From the NCBI GenBank assembly GCA_951406725.2, contig OX597816.1:45136001-45200000 (forward strand): a stretch of 64,000 nucleotides of DNA, written 5' to 3'. Below, piece by piece: positions 62,056 through 64,000 of this stretch. The position numbers and the translations under genes were made by a program. Under the pieces are notes generated by a model. That model was given only the letters and a program-made list of their open reading frames with translations, searched no databases and was not told the origin of the DNA. Positions within the stretch are counted from its first letter, which is position 1. Each line of letters opens with the position of its first letter. This stretch comes from Octopus vulgaris. Lineage: Eukaryota.

Positions 62056-62270
62056 TGGGGCGGGTGCTGAAAAATTCTTGGCTATGAATAAAGGAAAATA
62101 CAGGAGGATCAGTTATGATTTTTGCAACACATTCCTCTCCCGGATTCACACACTTATTGCAACAGTCTTTCAGTTTTTCTAAGCCCTGTAAAAGAACTCG
62201 GAAGGTTGGACCTACAGCCAGGCCTTTTGTGATACCCTTAAACCCAGGAACCTTTCAGCACCCCGCCTCA
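62056..62270 (-). mobile_element. Mariner-derived MITE, same family
   Basis: Reverse-complement copy of 19277-19504; TIRs GGGTGCTGAAAA / TTTCAGCACCCC. Confidence 0.8.
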
Positions 62271-62913
62271 TACATACATATATGTGTAAGTATATACTGG
62301 CTGGTAGCAACAGAATTAAACAAGCAAACATGGTACCCAGTTATATCCGTTCCTTAACTGGTTATGTTTATTTGCAAATCTTACCCACTTTAGCTTGATG
62401 ACGTTAAGTACCAAACTGCTTTTGAAACCAGTATACAGTATGATCGCAGTCCAGTGAGTAAAACTAGTATGATAAAAGAATGTGTGTGTCCATGCGTTTG
62501 TATATATAACTGTGTGTGTATGTTTGTGTGGTTATCTTTAGAATATGCAACTAAAATGAAGTAGCAAAATTTCGATCTTAGAATTACATACAAATGTAAG
62601 TAGAAAACAAAATCTGGAATCTTTTTCCTTTAAGCTGTCATTATATTTCTGTAGACAACATTTCTTACATCCCTGTAAGTTGGTGAACAAAATACCAAAA
62701 AAAAAAAAAAAATTACAAAGAAAATAAGTTGAAAACATAAATGTTATTAAATAACATAGAAAATATACATTTTAGAAAAATACACGAAATAAAACGCATA
62801 TAAATACACAACCACATTCACACAAAATTTCTTCAGGAATTTTTATAAATTTAACTTTAAAAGAAATTTCTGTACTTAATCAATATATATAAACATGTGT
62901 TAGTGTCGGTCCA

Positions 62914-63032
<119 letters not shown>

Positions 63033-63265
63033 TATATATATACATATAAATGTGTATATATATATATATATAAATATGTGTATATATATATATATATATA
63101 TAAATGTGCATGTATGTATATATATATACACACACACATACACATGCATACACCCACACGACTGAGCAAATATAATATACCGCTGTATATAAGCAAATGT
63201 GCATGTATTTCCATTTATAAACATACACACACACACACACATACATACATACATACATACATACA

Positions 63266-63297
<32 letters not shown>

Positions 63298-63409
63298 AAT
63301 ATGTGCGCTTACAAATGCATACAAACACACATACCAATTTGCAGGTGTATACATGTAAGTATATGTGTGAACATATATATATGTGTGTGTGTGTGTGTGT
63401 GTATGCATG

Positions 63410-63441
<32 letters not shown>

Positions 63442-63593
63442 TGTATGTATGTATATATGTATGTAAATTTCTGCAAACAGAAAGCAAGTTTTTTACGACA
63501 AGTTATGCTGTATACATTCATATGTACCATATGCATCTTTCTCTCTCTCTTTTTACACACATACACATATATCTATATATCTATCTATATCTA

Positions 63594-63637
<44 letters not shown>

Positions 63638-63638
63638 C

Positions 63639-63709
<71 letters not shown>

Positions 63710-64000
63710 TGCAGATATATGTTGTAGAAATGCTTATGTGTGTACTTCTAAATTTTCATTTCTTTTTCCATTTGCATATGTACCAAGCAAAAGTATATCT
63801 GCACATATGAATGTGTTTACACAACCATACACACACACACACACATGTATATACACACATATATATATACAGACATAGATATATATTTGAATTTGTATTT
63901 GTTTGTGAGAGGGTCTGTTTGAATGCACAAAGTGAGTGCATACCATGCTAATACATGCATGGTCATATTACTGCACACATACACGTAATCACGTGTATGG

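Overview
Eukaryotic, AT-rich, repeat-saturated animal DNA. The SINE families and the density of (TA)n/(TAA)n/(GAT)n microsatellites point to an octopod cephalopod (Octopus sp.; inferred from recognition, not a database search). The whole window lies inside one minus-strand gene, kinesin-9 family KIF6. Four coding exons (59116-58862, 21753-21595, 3736-3686, 145-73) splice in frame across introns of about 37.1, 17.9 and 3.5 kb. The first exon appears to have a minor-spliceosome (U12)-type branch point and a non-canonical AT acceptor. The introns hold a young 5'-truncated CR1-clade LINE with an intact RT ORF and a 7-bp TSD, remnants of CR1, RTE and R4/Dong LINEs, a decayed mariner, several MITEs, Helentron-like elements and dozens of SINEs. 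The least expected content is a set of (TA)n-embedded, palindromic, Penelope-like elements carrying minimal type I hammerhead ribozyme motifs. Also notable are SINE-derived 24-bp minisatellite arrays, locally templated inverted insertions, and inverted repeat pairs that would form long dsRNA in the KIF6 pre-mRNA. Nearly all ORFs in the supplied track are microsatellite or SINE artefacts. SINE copies are listed representatively, not exhaustively, and repeat boundaries are approximate.
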